DNA from: Mayamaea pseudoterrestris
Lineage: Eukaryota
DNA length: 64,000 bases
Direction: 5' to 3'
NCBI GenBank assembly: GCA_027923505.1
Contig: BROI01000016.1
Span: 1-64,000 of the forward strand
In this document: positions 9,336-22,798 of the stretch, one piece after another
Layout of the letters: each line of letters starts with the position of its first letter
Position numbering within the stretch: the first letter of the stretch is position 1
Notes under the pieces: generated by a model
The model's input: only the letters and a program-made list of their open reading frames with translations
What the model was told of the DNA's origin: nothing
The model's database searches: none
Translations under genes and position numbers: made by a program

Positions 9336-12300
9336 TTAGAGCGGGCAGATTTCCACTTGACCGGACAAGTACTTTCGGTCGTCGGTGCCCAAGGGAAAGA
9401 CTTCATAGACAGGACCCCAGTTACTTCTTACAGTGTTGCTACTGTTGAATGTAAAGGTATTCGACGATTGAGGTCCTGACGTAAGGGGGTACGTGTCGGG
9501 GTCACGCGCGAACTTGGCGACGTCGTCTGCCAGGCATACTCCGGTGTCCAAGTGGTCGCCAGAATCGTTACCGATGCATTCGCCAGCATAGAAATTGAAT
9601 TCAAACGTATAGGCGTCACTCGAGTAAGGGGCAAGAAGTGTGACACTGAAAGAGCTTGGGGTGATTGTAGCTGTTCCAATTTTTGTGCCTCCCTCGCAGT
9701 TCTCGGCTTCGATAAAGACTTCGCAGTCATCAACGACTCCATCGACGGAGCTATATTCAATGTTCCAACCCCAAGGCTCTTGCCCATCTACACCAGCAAT
9801 GCAGTTGAATGATGAATCTAGGAAGCACGTCGATCTGTCTGCACATTTAACGTATGCATCCATGCATGGACTCGGAGTTGAACTTGTTGGGACACCAACG
9901 ACGTCGTCATTAATCGCGGCCAATTTGGTTGGAACAAGCGTAGTGAGAGGGAGGGCAGAGGTGGGACTTGCCGTTAAGTCGCCGTCACCATCGCCGCCAA
10001 ATGGGGGGTTAGCCGTACTAACTGTAGTGGGTGTTGTTGTAGCCGGGCTAACGGTAGTAGCCGGAATTTCTGTGTGCTGTGACGGTGGGCAGTCATCCGT
10101 GAGAGGATCACTAGAGGGCACTGGTGTTTCCTCAGTAACAAGCAGCGTCGTTGGAACCTCTGTGGGTGCCGCAACAGCGACTGGCGCTTTTGACACTGGA
10201 GAAGCGGACACGGGCGCTGCTGAAACTGGAGCAGCAGAGGCAGGCGCTGCAGAAATTGGAGCCTTAGACACAGGCGCCGCTGAAACTGGGGCGGCTGAAA
10301 CTGGAGCCGCGGATACAGGCGCTGCTGAAGCTGGGGCGGCTGAAACTGGAGCCGCAGAGGCAGGCGCTGCTGAAACTGGAGCCGCGGATACAGGCGCTGC
10401 TGAAGCTGGGGCGGCTGAAACTGGAGCCGCAGAGGCAGGCGCTGCTGAAACTGGGGCGGCTGAAACTGGAGCTGCTGAGACTGGATCGATTGAGACGGGC
10501 GCCAAAGACACAGGCGCAGCCGATACTGGAGAGGCAGTAACTGGTGCAGAGGTTGGCTTGACAGTCTCTGGGACATTGTACATTGTCGGTGTGGCGGTAA
10601 CTTCCGGAGTGGTTGGAAGTGGAGCGGGTGCTATCGTTGGCGTAGAAGTTGCATCAGGGACTGGTTTTGATGACGGTTCAGGGGTTCCCTGCTCAATGAA
10701 AAACGGAGTCGGAGCCGGTGTGGTGGGGCAGACGCAGACGCATTCTGATGGTGCTTCGACGGGAGCCGCGGCTGGTGCTGCGACGATTTGATTGACCGGT
10801 GACCGAGTGACTGCTCCAAGTGAGGCCGACGGTGCAGAAGTCATGGCCAATGAAGGCTTGGCCGTTGGACGAGAGGTAGTTGATGGTGTTGGAAGCGGCG
10901 TTGCACGACCAGTTGGAGCGCCGGTGCGTGGACGCATGGTGCGACGTGGTGTTGAAGGCGAAGTTGTCGGAGTTCCAGTTGGGACGGCTACAGGTGCATT
11001 CATGGGTGCAATCACTGTCGCCGGATTTGGGACCACCAATGATGTCGGTTCTGCTCCTCCTTGCTCAGCAAGGGGTGCTGTTGTTGGCTGTTGCGGCGTG
11101 TATGCGCAAATCTGAGCATGACCCGAAAGATAAAGTGGCGTGTGCGTGTCAAGTGGAAAAGTTTCATACTTGGTGGTCGCAGATGCCCATGCAGCGGTAG
11201 TATAGGTTTCCTGGTTGTTAAAGTCGTACAACCATCGGTTCGTGGCGGACTTGATGTCTAGCGGTGTTGAGACAGGGTAGTTGTAAATATCATACGGTGC
11301 ATATTGATAGCTTCCGCACTCCATGTCATTCAACCATGAGCCTCCGTTGTCATTCATGACACACTCGCCAGCATACAATTGGAATCCCATGCTGGCATAC
11401 CCCTTTTTAATGTACCAAGTCACAGTGTCGCTGTCAATGGTGGCAGTTCCAAGCAACTCTCCTTCGTCCATGGTACAGCTAGTTGCGCCGCCCCAAACCT
11501 CACATTCCAAGGGACCGCTTGCGCCAAAATCGTAGTCTGTCAAATTAATGACCCATCCACTGGCAGCATCCGGTGCCATGACACCGGGGTAGCTGTCAAA
11601 ACAAGTCGACATGGCAGCACCACAGTAGATCCAAGAGTAGGAGCAAGTTTCTTCCGACACGCTCGACGAAGGTGTTTCCGCTGGTGCCAGCGTCTGCGGA
11701 GTCATGAATGACGTTGGGAGCTCCGGCGACAATCCGGTCGGCGTTTGTGCTTGGGCACCGGTCTGCGGAACCAGCAACGATGTGGGTAGATCGGTAGACG
11801 CTGTCGGCGAGACTGCTGGTGCAAGTGTCTGTGGTACCAGTTTTGCTGTTGGTAACTTGGTGGGAGACAATGTCGCAGGTACGCCTGTCGGAACAGTCGT
11901 TGGCTTTGGTGTTGGTCCTTCCGAAGGAACGTTTGTCGGTGAAACAGTCTGCGGCACAATGTTCAAGGTGGGTTCCAACGGAATGAACGGAAGTGTATAC
12001 TCTGGAGTCGGAACGGGGGATGGCCGAGGCGTGGCGCTGGCACTGGTGGGCTGTTCCGTAGGAGCTGGCGTTGACCCGCTCGTTGGCAGTGAAGTCGGTC
12101 TTGGGGATGGAAGTGGAGTCACGCGAGCCGTTTTTGGTGCTTTCGATGGCGACGCGGCCAAAGCCTGTGTAGGTGCTGCGGTAGGCAATGGTGTGGGTCT
12201 TGGGGAAGGAAGTGGGGTTGGGCGAGCCGTTTTTGGGGCTTTGGACGGACGCGTGGTGGTAGCCTGTGTAGGTAAGTTCGTCGGCAAGGGCGTCGGAGGT

Positions 12301-13230
12301 AACGTTGGAATAAGAGTCGGGCTGTTAGTCTTTGGTGCTTTGGTCGGTGATGAGGTCGAAACCGGATTGGGGCGATCAGACTTTGGTGCCTTTGTTTCCT
12401 TTGGGGCTGGCGTGATTTGTGGCTGAATGTTTTCAACCCGAGTGGGCCCTGGCGTCGGTTCAGGACCTCCGAGCTGCAGGAAAAGGAGAAATTAATCAGT
12501 AAAGGATATCTCATTGATTTAAAGAAGCGCGTCAATATATACATACCGTTGCAAACGGCGCTTCCGTCTCATCATTCGGCAAGAGAGGCTGCTGCGTGTC
12601 AATGTCACCAACGGTAGGCTGTTCGGAAGGCATCGAGGACGGTTTCGCGGATGGTCGCTTTGACGGTCTCGAGGAAGGTCTAGCGGATGGAGCTGGAAAC
12701 ACGGTGATGGATGGCTGCTGCGTGTCAAGCGTTGGAGTTTCGACGGGTGACGTAGTAGGAGCATCGGTTGGCGATGGAACATTGGCTTGTGTCGGTGAAT
12801 TAGTTGACGGCGACGGAGCATTGTTAGCTGATGGCTGTTCATTATCGTCAGGCGTGGGAGCTCGGACGGGTGATGGTGCGCTCGCTGACCCCGAATTTGA
12901 CGCCGACCCTGAGATTGTATGAACGCTCACTTTTTGAGCCGAGCCGCCAGAGTTTGATCCGGACTGCGCCGCCCTTCGCCTACGCTGGTACTCTTTGATT
13001 TGCTGCAATCTGCTGCGATCCAAGGACTTGCGAGTGCTGCCTCGAACGTTGCTTGCTTGACTATTAGTCTCAACGTTCCATGCGCTGGCTGCTTCGTTGC
13101 TTCGTCCGTACTTTTCACGCACTTGTCGCCACTTTGGAATCGACTTGTCTTCGTCTGTGGCTGCTGCCTGCGTTACTGCAGCACCAGCTGCGCACATGGC
13201 AAGGACAGCTAGTAAATGTAGCTTCATCAT
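9336..13230 (-). CDS. Secreted Pro/Thr/Ser/Ala-rich mucin-like glycoprotein A with two Cys-rich globular domains; intron 12474-12546
   Basis: Signal peptide MMKLHLLAVLAMCAAGA and basic propeptide. The splice APFAT|LGGPEP keeps frame into ORF 9336-12287. SAAPV repeats; Cys domains at ~11100-11650 and ~9340-9870. Confidence 0.88.
10180..10545 (-). repeat. 15-bp coding tandem repeat encoding (S-A-A-P-V/A)n
   Basis: More than 20 consecutive units such as tcagcagcgcctgtg / tcagccgccccagtt. Confidence 0.92.
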
Positions 13231-14205
13231 AATCAAGTATATGTTATCTGCAATACAAATTAAAAGAAAATGATAATAGATGTGAGATTTTTTAACAGCC
13301 TGCCTTGATGATCGATCATTGATCATCGATCATCTCTGAACGAAGTCAACCAGTCGTCGAGCTCGTACAGTCGACCTTTCGATGCGCTCAATCGATCCTA
13401 CCTTAAATCACTCTTCGCTATATACTAGGAATAAAGGAATTGGGTGCAACAAAAGAGTCGATTGATGGATTTTGTGTTGGTGCGAGACGAGTTGCGACCC
13501 CGCACACACAATTTGAAACGTAACGGACCCACCAAAGCACGCCGGCCGAGGCTGCACGATCATAAACTTAGGGCAAGTTGTGCTCGACTTTTTCCGTTGT
13601 AATTCAAATCAGGTTGCGTGTTCCAAATTTGAGCCAATGGAAACGCTGCAGTTTCATTACAGGAGTCGGAACGGTACTCCTCGACGCTTCACAAGTTCTT
13701 TCTTCTTTCTCCAACTGTCAATAATCTGTTATCTTGTACCATGTCAACTGGTAATTTCATAAAGAAGCCAAATGAATACGATCAAATACGTTTGTTGATC
13801 CTTTTACAAACGGCGAGGCGATTGCAAAGCTATCGTCCGTCGTCCTGTCGTCCAGCGTCAATCGTCAATCGTCGGTCAGGCAGATGCATGACAAGTAACA
13901 AAATCCACAGCGTCAATAGACACTTTGCTATACCGGAAGTCCAAGAAACTTTGGAAAGCTTATGCGTCTACTGGTACACGGTTATTGCATACAGTACAAC
14001 TTACCACATTCTTTAAGCACCAAGGATCTTTAATTGGCAAACGAACAAACTGTGTCGAATACCGTACAACTACTCATTAGTGTGCTAAAGAGATGTAGAA
14101 GTAACTGATATTCAAGTTCTAAATATATGCACTGTCCAAGACTCTATTTTCGACGCAGTTTCACATGTTGATTGTCAAGTTCGTGTGGGGCTTGATAGAT
14201 TTCCT

Positions 14206-17200
14206 TTACACGTCCGCGGAAGCTGAGAAATATGTAGGATCTAAGTTTGGATCGCCAAGCGGATCCAAAGCAAACGTTGGAGCTAGAGTTGGTGCAGCCG
14301 TGACAGGTGCAGCAGATACAGGCGCTGCAGTGGCCGGCGCACCAGTAACCGGTACACTTGTAACTGGGGTGGCTGTTGGCTCTTCTGTCAACTCTGGATC
14401 GCCAAGAGGAACAAGTGCTAGTGTCGGAGCTTGAGTAGGTGTAGCCGTGACTGGAGCGATCGAATCGATTGCTGCCATGGTCGGTGCTTCCGTCATAGGG
14501 ACACTTGTTACTGGAGCAGATGAAATAGGTGCGGCTGAGATAGGCGACGCAGGAGCTGTTGTGACAGATACTGGTGCCGCAGAAGGAGCGTTCGAAATTG
14601 GAGCAACAGAGGGACTAGCAGACGCAGGGGCGCTTGAAATCGGTGACGCACTCACTGGGCTGGTGGAAGCAGGGACGAATGTCTCCCCAGCAGTCGGAGT
14701 TGAAGTTTCTTCTTCACCTCCTTGCCCTCCAAAAGGAGCTGCAGTGCTTGGGCTTTCCGTCAACATTTCTGAAGGAGGACAGTCCTCAACAGCAGTTGGA
14801 ACAGGTGTCGCTTCAGGAACTAGTGACATCGTTGGTGCTGCTGTGACTGGCGAACCAGAAACTGGTGCAGATGAAACCGGGGCGACAGAAACTGGTGCGG
14901 AAGAAGCAGGGGCAGCCGAGACTGGAGATGCCGAAAGAGGAAGCGTTGGCGCTGGAGTGTCTTCTTCATTTCCTTGGCCACCAAAAGGTGCTTGGCTACT
15001 TGGACTATCCGTCATCATTTCTGAAGGTGGGCAATCCTCGTGAACTGGCATTACGGAAGGCGCTGGAGTCGCCTCTGGGACTAGGGGCAACGTCGGAGAA
15101 GCAGAAACTGGAGCCACCGACACTGGCGCAGCCGAAACAGGTGCAAGTGACACTGGCGATGATGTAGGCTTGGTAGTTTCTACTGCGTTCGGAAGTGATG
15201 GCGCAGAAGTGACTGGTGCAGACGACACAGGCGAGGCACTAATCGGAGCTGCTGACACTGGTGCAACACTGACTGGAGCGGCTGACACTGGTGCAACACT
15301 AACTGGCGCACCTGATACTGGTGCGGCTGAGACAGGCGAGGCACTGACTGGTGCGGCTGACACTGGTGCAGCACTGACCGGAGCGGCTGATACAGGCGAG
15401 GCACTGACTGGTGCGGCTGACACTGGTGCAGCACTGACCGGAGCGGCTGACACTGGAGCAGATGACACAGGTGCTGCCGAGACGGGAGCAGAAGATGCTG
15501 GTGCGACTGAAACTGGTGCTGCTGATACAGGCGACTTGGTTGGCTCAGGACTGCCCTGTTCGATGAAGGAAGGTGTTGGAGAAGTCGTTGGGCACACGCA
15601 GACGCATTCCGAAGGAGCAGCTGTAGTCTCAACGGGTGCCGGCGATGGGGCTTGCGTGGTGATTGGTAGCGTTGGTGCTGCAGTCATTGCAAGAGTCGGC
15701 TTGGCCGTTGGACGCGGCGACGGCTGAGGTGTTGGACGTGGAGTTGGTCTGCCAGAAGGCATGAAGGTAGGCTCGCTGGTTGGACTCTCAGTTGTCGGTC
15801 TCCTTGTGCGAGGAGCCTTGGTAGGCGAAGAAGTGGGCCGTCCAGTTGGTGAAACAGTCGTGGGTGCCTTTGTTGGAGATGTGGACGGTGCCTTGGTAGG
15901 AGATGCGCTTGGTCCTTCGGATGCCGTGACAGTCGGTGAAGCAGTCGGAGACGCAGTCGTTGGTGCCTTGGTTGGACTGGTAGTTGGAGCCGGCGTCGGG
16001 GAAACACTGGGTCCCTTGGAAGCTGTGACGGTTGGTGAAGCTGTAGGGCTTGCTGTCACTGGCGCCTTGCTTGGAGCCGCTGTTGGCGCCGATGTTGGCG
16101 CCTTGCTGAAAGGAGCTGCCGTTGGCAAAGGAGTTGGTTCGGCTCCACCCTGTTCCTCAAATGGAGCAGCACTTGGAGTCTCAGCAGCATACGCACAAAT
16201 CTCGGCTTGTCCGGATAGGTACAACGGCGTGTGCGAATCCAAAGGAAAGGTATCGTATTTTTGTGTTCCGAACGTCCAGGCGACAGATGTGTACTCGTCC
16301 TGATTGGTAGAGCTGAAGGACCAACGGTCAGTGCCGTCAATGATTGGCATCGTCGATGAAACAGGGTAGTTGAATACGTCATATGGGGCATATTGGTAGC
16401 TTCCGCATTCCATGTCGTTCATCCACGAACCGCCGTTGTCATTCATGACACACTCGCCAGCGTAAAGTTGGAACCCTGTGCTGGCGTAGCCCTTCTTGAT
16501 GTACCAGTTGACCGAGTCAGTATCAATAGTTGCAACACCAAGCAACTCTCCATTGGCCGTGTCGCAACTTGTTGCTCCTCCCCAAATTTCGCATTCCAGT
16601 GGTCCTTCGGCTGCGAAGTCATAGTCAGTCATGTTTATGACCCAACCGCTAGCCTCCTCAGGAGCTTTGATTCCTGGGTAAGTGTCAAAGCATGTTGACG
16701 TTTCAGCACCGCAGTAGATCCAGGAGTAGTAGCAAGGGCCCTCTGGCTTTTCATGGGCGCAATCAGTTGGCGCAGGCGTCTGTGGGATCTGAAGCGCCGT
16801 AGGAATACCGGTTGGTGATGCAGTAGGCGACACAGATGGAGATCCAGTGGGCGAATCCGTCTGTGGCACCTGAAGTGCCGTCGGGACGCCAGTTGGAGAT
16901 GCGGTGGGAACGCCAGTAGGAGATGCGGTGGGGACGCCAGTTGGGGAATCGGTTGGTGATACTGTTGGGCCTCCCGTTGGTGCGCCGGTCGGTGAAGACG
17001 TTGGCGATCCCGTAGGGGAATTGGTCGGTGCACCGGTTGGGGCCGCCGTCGACGAACCAGTCGGAGCAGGCGTCCCTTCTGGAACAAATGGCAAGGTTGG
17101 CAAATCTGTTGGAGAAGCAGTGGGTCCATCGGTGGGATTGCCAGTTGGTGATGCAGTCGGTCCACCAGTAGGTAAGCCAGTTGGGGCGCTCGTTGGAGCC

Positions 17201-18579
17201 GCCGACGGACGTGAAGAAACTGGTTTCATGGTCTTTGGTGGCTTGGTAGGACTTGAAGTCGGCGAAGCAGTAGGAGATCCAGTTGGTGACTTGGTAGGAG
17301 AATCAGTTGGACTGCCCGTTGGCTTGGATGTAGTTACTTTATCTGTCGGACGAGGCGTGCGGACAGGAGCAGCCGATGGACTTCCAGTGGGCCTGCCCGT
17401 GACTGGAGCCTTGGTAGGTTTGTCAGTTGGGGATGCAGTCGGTCGGCCAGTAGGGCGCTCTGTTTCCGGAATTTGAAGAAGCGTGGGAAGGCCAGTCGGT
17501 GAACCAGTCGGCATCGGAGTTGGAGACGCAGTTGGTGCATTTGTTGGAGCTGGACTAGGCTTGCCAGTGGGAGCAGGCGTCGGCACAACAGTTGGCTCAT
17601 TCGTCGGCTCGGGTGATCCAAGAGGAACGAATGGAAAAGTAGGCAACGTGGTTGGCGCCGGCGTTGGAAGTGGAGTCGGGCGAGGCGTTGGCTGAGCAGA
17701 CTGGGGCGCTGGGGTTGGCTGCGGCGTCACTGGAGCTGGAGTTGGTCCATTCGTCGGACGAGGAGTGGGGACAGGTGTCGGCCTGGGGGTCGGATTTGGA
17801 GTTGGTCCATTCGTCGGAAGGGGTGTTGGGGCAGGCGTCGGCTGAGGAGTAGGATTGAGTGTGGGACCATTCGTCGGGACGGGCGTTGGAGCAGGCGTCG
17901 GAGCTGGCGTAGGTGCTGGAGTGGCAATTTTGACTGGAACAGTCGGCTCGAGAGTTGGTTCAGGGCTTCCGAGCTAAATAGACGGAAAGAAGTAACGGTG
18001 AGCAAATGGTTCTGAAAAACGATTATGCAGCCCAATCAATAGAATCAATCTTACCGACTCAAACGGAGCTTCCGTGCAATCCTCAGGCTGAACTGGCTGA
18101 CCGGCAGGCGGCCAAGTGTAAGTAGGCGACTGGACCGGTGGACGGTTCTCCACGGACGCAGATCCTGAGCCCGACCAATACGCGGCGTTTACGTCAGTCG
18201 ACGACGATCCTGAATACCCTGCCGTTCGACGCTTGTTTTGCTGCAAGTGACTGCGGTCCAATCGACGAGTATTACCGCGAAAGCGACTGCTCGAGTCGGT
18301 CGTTCCGCCGGCTGCAGTGAACTGCGTGCAGTCGGATCGCTCCTGAATATCAGTTTCGGGCGATCGGTCTTGCGTCGTCGTCGTCGTCGATGTATCAGTT
18401 TCGCCAGCTCCGTAAATGGCTCGCGCCTGCCGCCACTTTGGAATGTGCTCCTTGGAAGCCGCAGCTTCGTACTTGCGGAGGGGCTTGTCGCTGGACGCTT
18501 CCGTCTTTTTGCCAAAGAGTGAGGCATTGGAAGTGCCGGCGCACAAGGCGAAAATGAACAAGTGATGCAGTTTCAACAT
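14206..18579 (-). CDS. Secreted mucin-like glycoprotein B, tandem paralogue of A, one Cys-rich domain; intron 17974-18054
   Basis: Signal peptide [19 protein letters not shown] and shared IPKWRQ. Same intron position as A (APFES|LGSPEP). PTxS/SAAPV repeats; Cys domain ~16190-16740. Confidence 0.88.
15205..15535 (-). repeat. 15-bp coding tandem repeat encoding (SAAPV)n
   Basis: Alternating units tcagccgcaccagtc / agtgctgcaccagtg. Confidence 0.92.
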
Positions 18580-20150
18580 GGTTTGCTTCTTTGCGATATT
18601 TCGATCAATATTTGGCTTTGGTTCTATTATGATAAAAGAGAAGGAGGACGAAGAGATGAGAAACGCTATCGGTCGTTGATGCTAGGAAATTGCTCCGTCG
18701 GCGTTTCCTCCTTCGTCTGATGCTGCCTTCCCTACAACGTACCGCTATTGTGTTTTTGCAAGTCGACTAATATTGAATAATCTCTGTTTCTTGTTGAGAA
18801 AGAGGTCGTCAATGGTCAACTCGGAGAGAGGGATGGAGCGATAGCAAAGGATCGATTTGAAAAAATGATGGTCGAAAGCACGTGATGCGCGGTCGGGTCA
18901 AAATGTAACGGCACGCGGGTCATGCTGACGCGGGTATCCGGTACATAGTGACAAGCTAAATATTTCGCTTTCTCGCCGTTGAGTTTTAAACTTCGTTGCA
19001 AGGTCGCAATCACCCAATCAGAAACGTTATATTTCAAATTGAGTCGTCTTGTGCGCCGTTACTCCAGTCGGGCTTGTTCCTTAGCATTCGGCTTGCGCGC
19101 ACAATTTCGCAAGGCGAGATCCAGCTTTTGGACAACGACCATGACCAACATGCCAACATGATGTTCCTTGCCGCTCTGCGGCGATAAACATTGCCTTACA
19201 GTGCATGAACGCTGGTCTTTTGATCACTTGAGAAAAGTAGTGACGGGCCTGTGACGTCGTTGTCAAACCGAGCAGCAGCTATCAATAAGGCGTTGCGTGT
19301 CGTCACTCGACCCCATTCACCAAGCAATAAGGACCAAGGACCGAGGATAAAGGGATTACAAGAAATGTATTCTCGCAGTCGACAATGGATAACTCCAAAC
19401 CAACAAGTCCTTGCTATGATGCGATTGGATGACTACTGAGATCGCAGCTTCAACAGCATGCATAGTAGGAACTGTTACGTCGACGCAGATGTCCGCTGTC
19501 AACTTTCCACCAACACGCTACCAGTATGTTGGACATGGACCGACAGCTGGCGTCAACGATACCGGTATGTAAGATTATTGTTCGTTTTAATGTAGCTGTC
19601 TATACTATCGCGTCAACATCGTCAATTTACGTTGTCATCACGCGCCATTACGGCAAGCCATTTTAGTACGAAGGGCTGCCGTAATATGTTACTCACTAAT
19701 GGTAGTCAGACGGATGTTGTTACTGTGAAAGCATTGTGCTATAGTGCATCTTACAATACAGTTATCGTATCTGACTTTGCACTCCTCTCCTCGTGTGCAT
19801 TGTACCCACGAATTGAAACATATTTAGGCGTTAGCATCTTTATTGACGTCATAGTAGTTCCACCACATGACAGGCGCGTCCATTACGTATTAACCATCAG
19901 CTGCCTTACAGTCCTTAAGGGCTCAACATGATTTATTTGTTAGGCTTATCAACGAAGAACTACACTGCAAGTTGCAAAATCTACATGGGGCGTCGGTACG
20001 GCACTGCTGTCGTTTTGTCGAGCGTTCTGATTGGATTCTTGAGAAAGTAAAATCGGCAAGTCAAGTTTATTGGTACCAGCCTTTCCCGCGGCAGGTGCTA
20101 CCACTTTTCGCAATTCGTCCACGTTTACCCACTCAAGAAAAACGAACTAG

Positions 20151-22798
20151 ATGACGACACCTCACCACTGCGTACTCAATGTTGGGCACTACCGCACTGG
20201 GTCAGCAACGCTTGCCAAGGCAGCCAAGATTGCTGGATATCGCGTGCATCGAGCCTTCTTCCAGACGCTCGACCCATCGTCCCATAAGCTACTCCTGCTT
20301 GACCCTGAAAAAGCCGTGTGGAAGTGGTGGACTGAGCAGGATGGACGGAGCGAGCTGAGTAAGCTCATTGAATCGAACGACTTTGTCTGTGATGGATACG
20401 TCCCCTGGTTGCTTCTGCTGCCAGAGCGCATTGTAAGCTCGTTCTGCCAAGAAATGACAGCGAAGGGCATATCGCTTTCATTTATCGCCACAACTCGCCA
20501 GTTGGAAACACTTGTTGTATCCGAGCTCCACCATTGGGTAGTTCATGCACTCGAAGCGGAAGCTGGCCTTGATGAAGCAGAGCGCGACAGTTTGGAAAAA
20601 TCGCTACGTAAACGCGCCACTCTGCATTCCAAAGTGTTGAAGCTGCATTCGATTACTTCCTTGGCTCTGGAAGAAATAAGCTTTTGGGCCGGCAAGCTCG
20701 ACAAGATATTTGACTTGCCCGGCAAGGCTTGGTCGAAAGCGTTGAAACAAGCAGGGCATCAAAATGTCGCTCCGACCCTCCCCTTGCAAGGAGTGCTCTT
20801 AACGTTGCGCATAGGAACAGCTTTAACTTCAGTCACGCATAGAGTTGGAACAATGATAAAAAGTCTGAAGCAAGACCGGTTGTGCAACATGATTGTTGTT
20901 CTAGCTCTCGACGACGACGAAGAAGGCTCGCCACTTGCTGATCAATTGGTTGAACATTTGCAACAGTACTGCCGCATCATTATTATGAATAATCCTCCCA
21001 AAGACCCGTCGTCTCCCTTTCCAATTTGTCAAGTGTGGGATCGAATGGCAGCGACTGCCTTTGAAGAAGGTTGCGATTGGGTCATGCTGCTTGGGGATGA
21101 CATTGCAATCGACTGCGCCATCCATTTCCGGCTGATCTATCGAGCGTTTCTCGACATTTCAAAAAAGCTTGGCTGTCCTTTCGGCTTTGGTTGCCCCTGG
21201 TGGAACGATACGACTTTTAGCGGGTTTCCAACGTTCCCGGTGGTTGGAAAGGCTCATTATGAGATTTTCGAAAGCCTCGTCCCTCCTCATCGTGCCCGAG
21301 CTTTTATCAACCAAGACTTGGATCCGTACATCCAACGTATGTACCTAAAGTTTGGTGCTGCACCGTTGCTCCAAGCAGCGAGATTAAGCAATAACACGGG
21401 TGGCAATAACATCAATCCTACCCGCTACGAGAGAGTTGCAGCGACAGGATGGCGAGATTGGGTGTTGCAAGACGTTCGACCAGTCAAAGAATACCTCTCC
21501 AAATATACTGATTTTGAATGCATTCTTTTAGACGTCGTCGTTCCTTCCTATCGAATCGATTTAGAGTATCTGGAACGCATTTGTCGTCTCCAGGTCCCAG
21601 AGAATGTGAGAACAACATTCATTATCGTCATTGATAATCCAGTGGAGCTCAACCAAATGTATGGCACTAACAAAGCGGACGACGCCGCGATCTTGATGGA
21701 GATTGACCTGGCTGAAAAGACCAAGAACAATATCCGTGTGCGTTGTAACTCAGTCAACTCGGGTGCCTCGGCGAGCCGAAACAGGGGACTCGATGAAAGT
21801 GCCGCAGAATACATCCTCATGCTCGACGATGATGTTATTCCAAATAATGACCTGCTCTATCAGTACGAGACAACTTTGCAAACTATAAGTGCATCGACCG
21901 TTGGTATCGTCGGCATGGTCCGTTTTCCGAGGAGAAGCGACTTGCCATTGTTGCACGCTGCAGTTCTGATGAGCTATCTGACGTTCATGTTCGAAATCGC
22001 ATCCAATGAAAAGTATAAGAATCCAGCCTGGGGTGTGACGGCTAATTTGCTTGTCAGACGATCTGAAATCAGGTTCGACACCGTCTACGCAAAGACTGGC
22101 GGCGGCGAGGATGTTGATTTCGCTCTGCGCCTCGTTCAAGAAACCGGCGGTCGCCTACTCACGAATCCGCAAGCGTTGGTGACGCATGAATATTGGCCTG
22201 GCGGAATGACTGCAATCTTGGCTCACTTTTATCGCTGGGCTATTGGTGACTCGGCGTTATTTAAAAGGTCAGTTCGATACGTCTGATGTCAATAAGCTGA
22301 CATCGTCAATGTCTGGTGAGATATTCTCATCTCATGCATAACTACAGATACCCAGATCATTGCTACCGGTCATGGCCAAATGCCGCCGAGTCGATTGTGT
22401 TTTGGGTGGTAGTGTGCCTCCCTTTTATAGTTACAGGAGATTTGGCATTGCTCTTTATTTTTGCGCAGATTCTGGGGATCTACATGGTTGACGTCGGGTC
22501 CGAGTTGTTTAGTATCAGTGACTTTCAGCACCGTTGCTCTTTACTGAAGCACAAGTTTCCCATTTGGTACCTTGTCGCTGCGCATCTCATTGCCAACATT
22601 TACGTCATAGCGCTGGAGTCCGGCCGATTGTACGGTCACGTCAGTCGCGGCGAGGTTTTTCAAAATGCGTGCCGACGGTTTGAATGGCATTGCGGAAAGT
22701 TGCCACACGCAAGGGAACGTTTCGTTCGTCGTGAGGCAATCAAGTTTGTGGGTTTTGTTCTTGTGGCTGCGCTGAACCTCAACCTTTGCTTGAAGTAG
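20151..22798 (+). CDS. Fusion: sulfotransferase-like P-loop domain + two GT-A (GT2-like) glycosyltransferase domains + C-terminal TM helices; intron 22268-22347
   Basis: VLNVGHYRTGSATL; LALDDD...WVMLLGDD; VVVPSYR...GASASRNRG...ILMLDDDV...GGEDVDF. The splice gives FKR|YPDHCYR. Confidence 0.82.

Noticed and set aside
10180..15535. Regular short repeats as a possible CRISPR array
   Set aside because: They are contiguous 15-bp in-frame coding units with no unique spacers, in a eukaryotic context.
9640..17695. Long Gly/Val/Ala-rich plus-strand ORFs (e.g. 9640-10791, 11704-12426, 14447-15043, 16904-17476)
   Set aside because: They are antisense shadows of the Pro/Thr/Ser repeats of the mucin-like genes.
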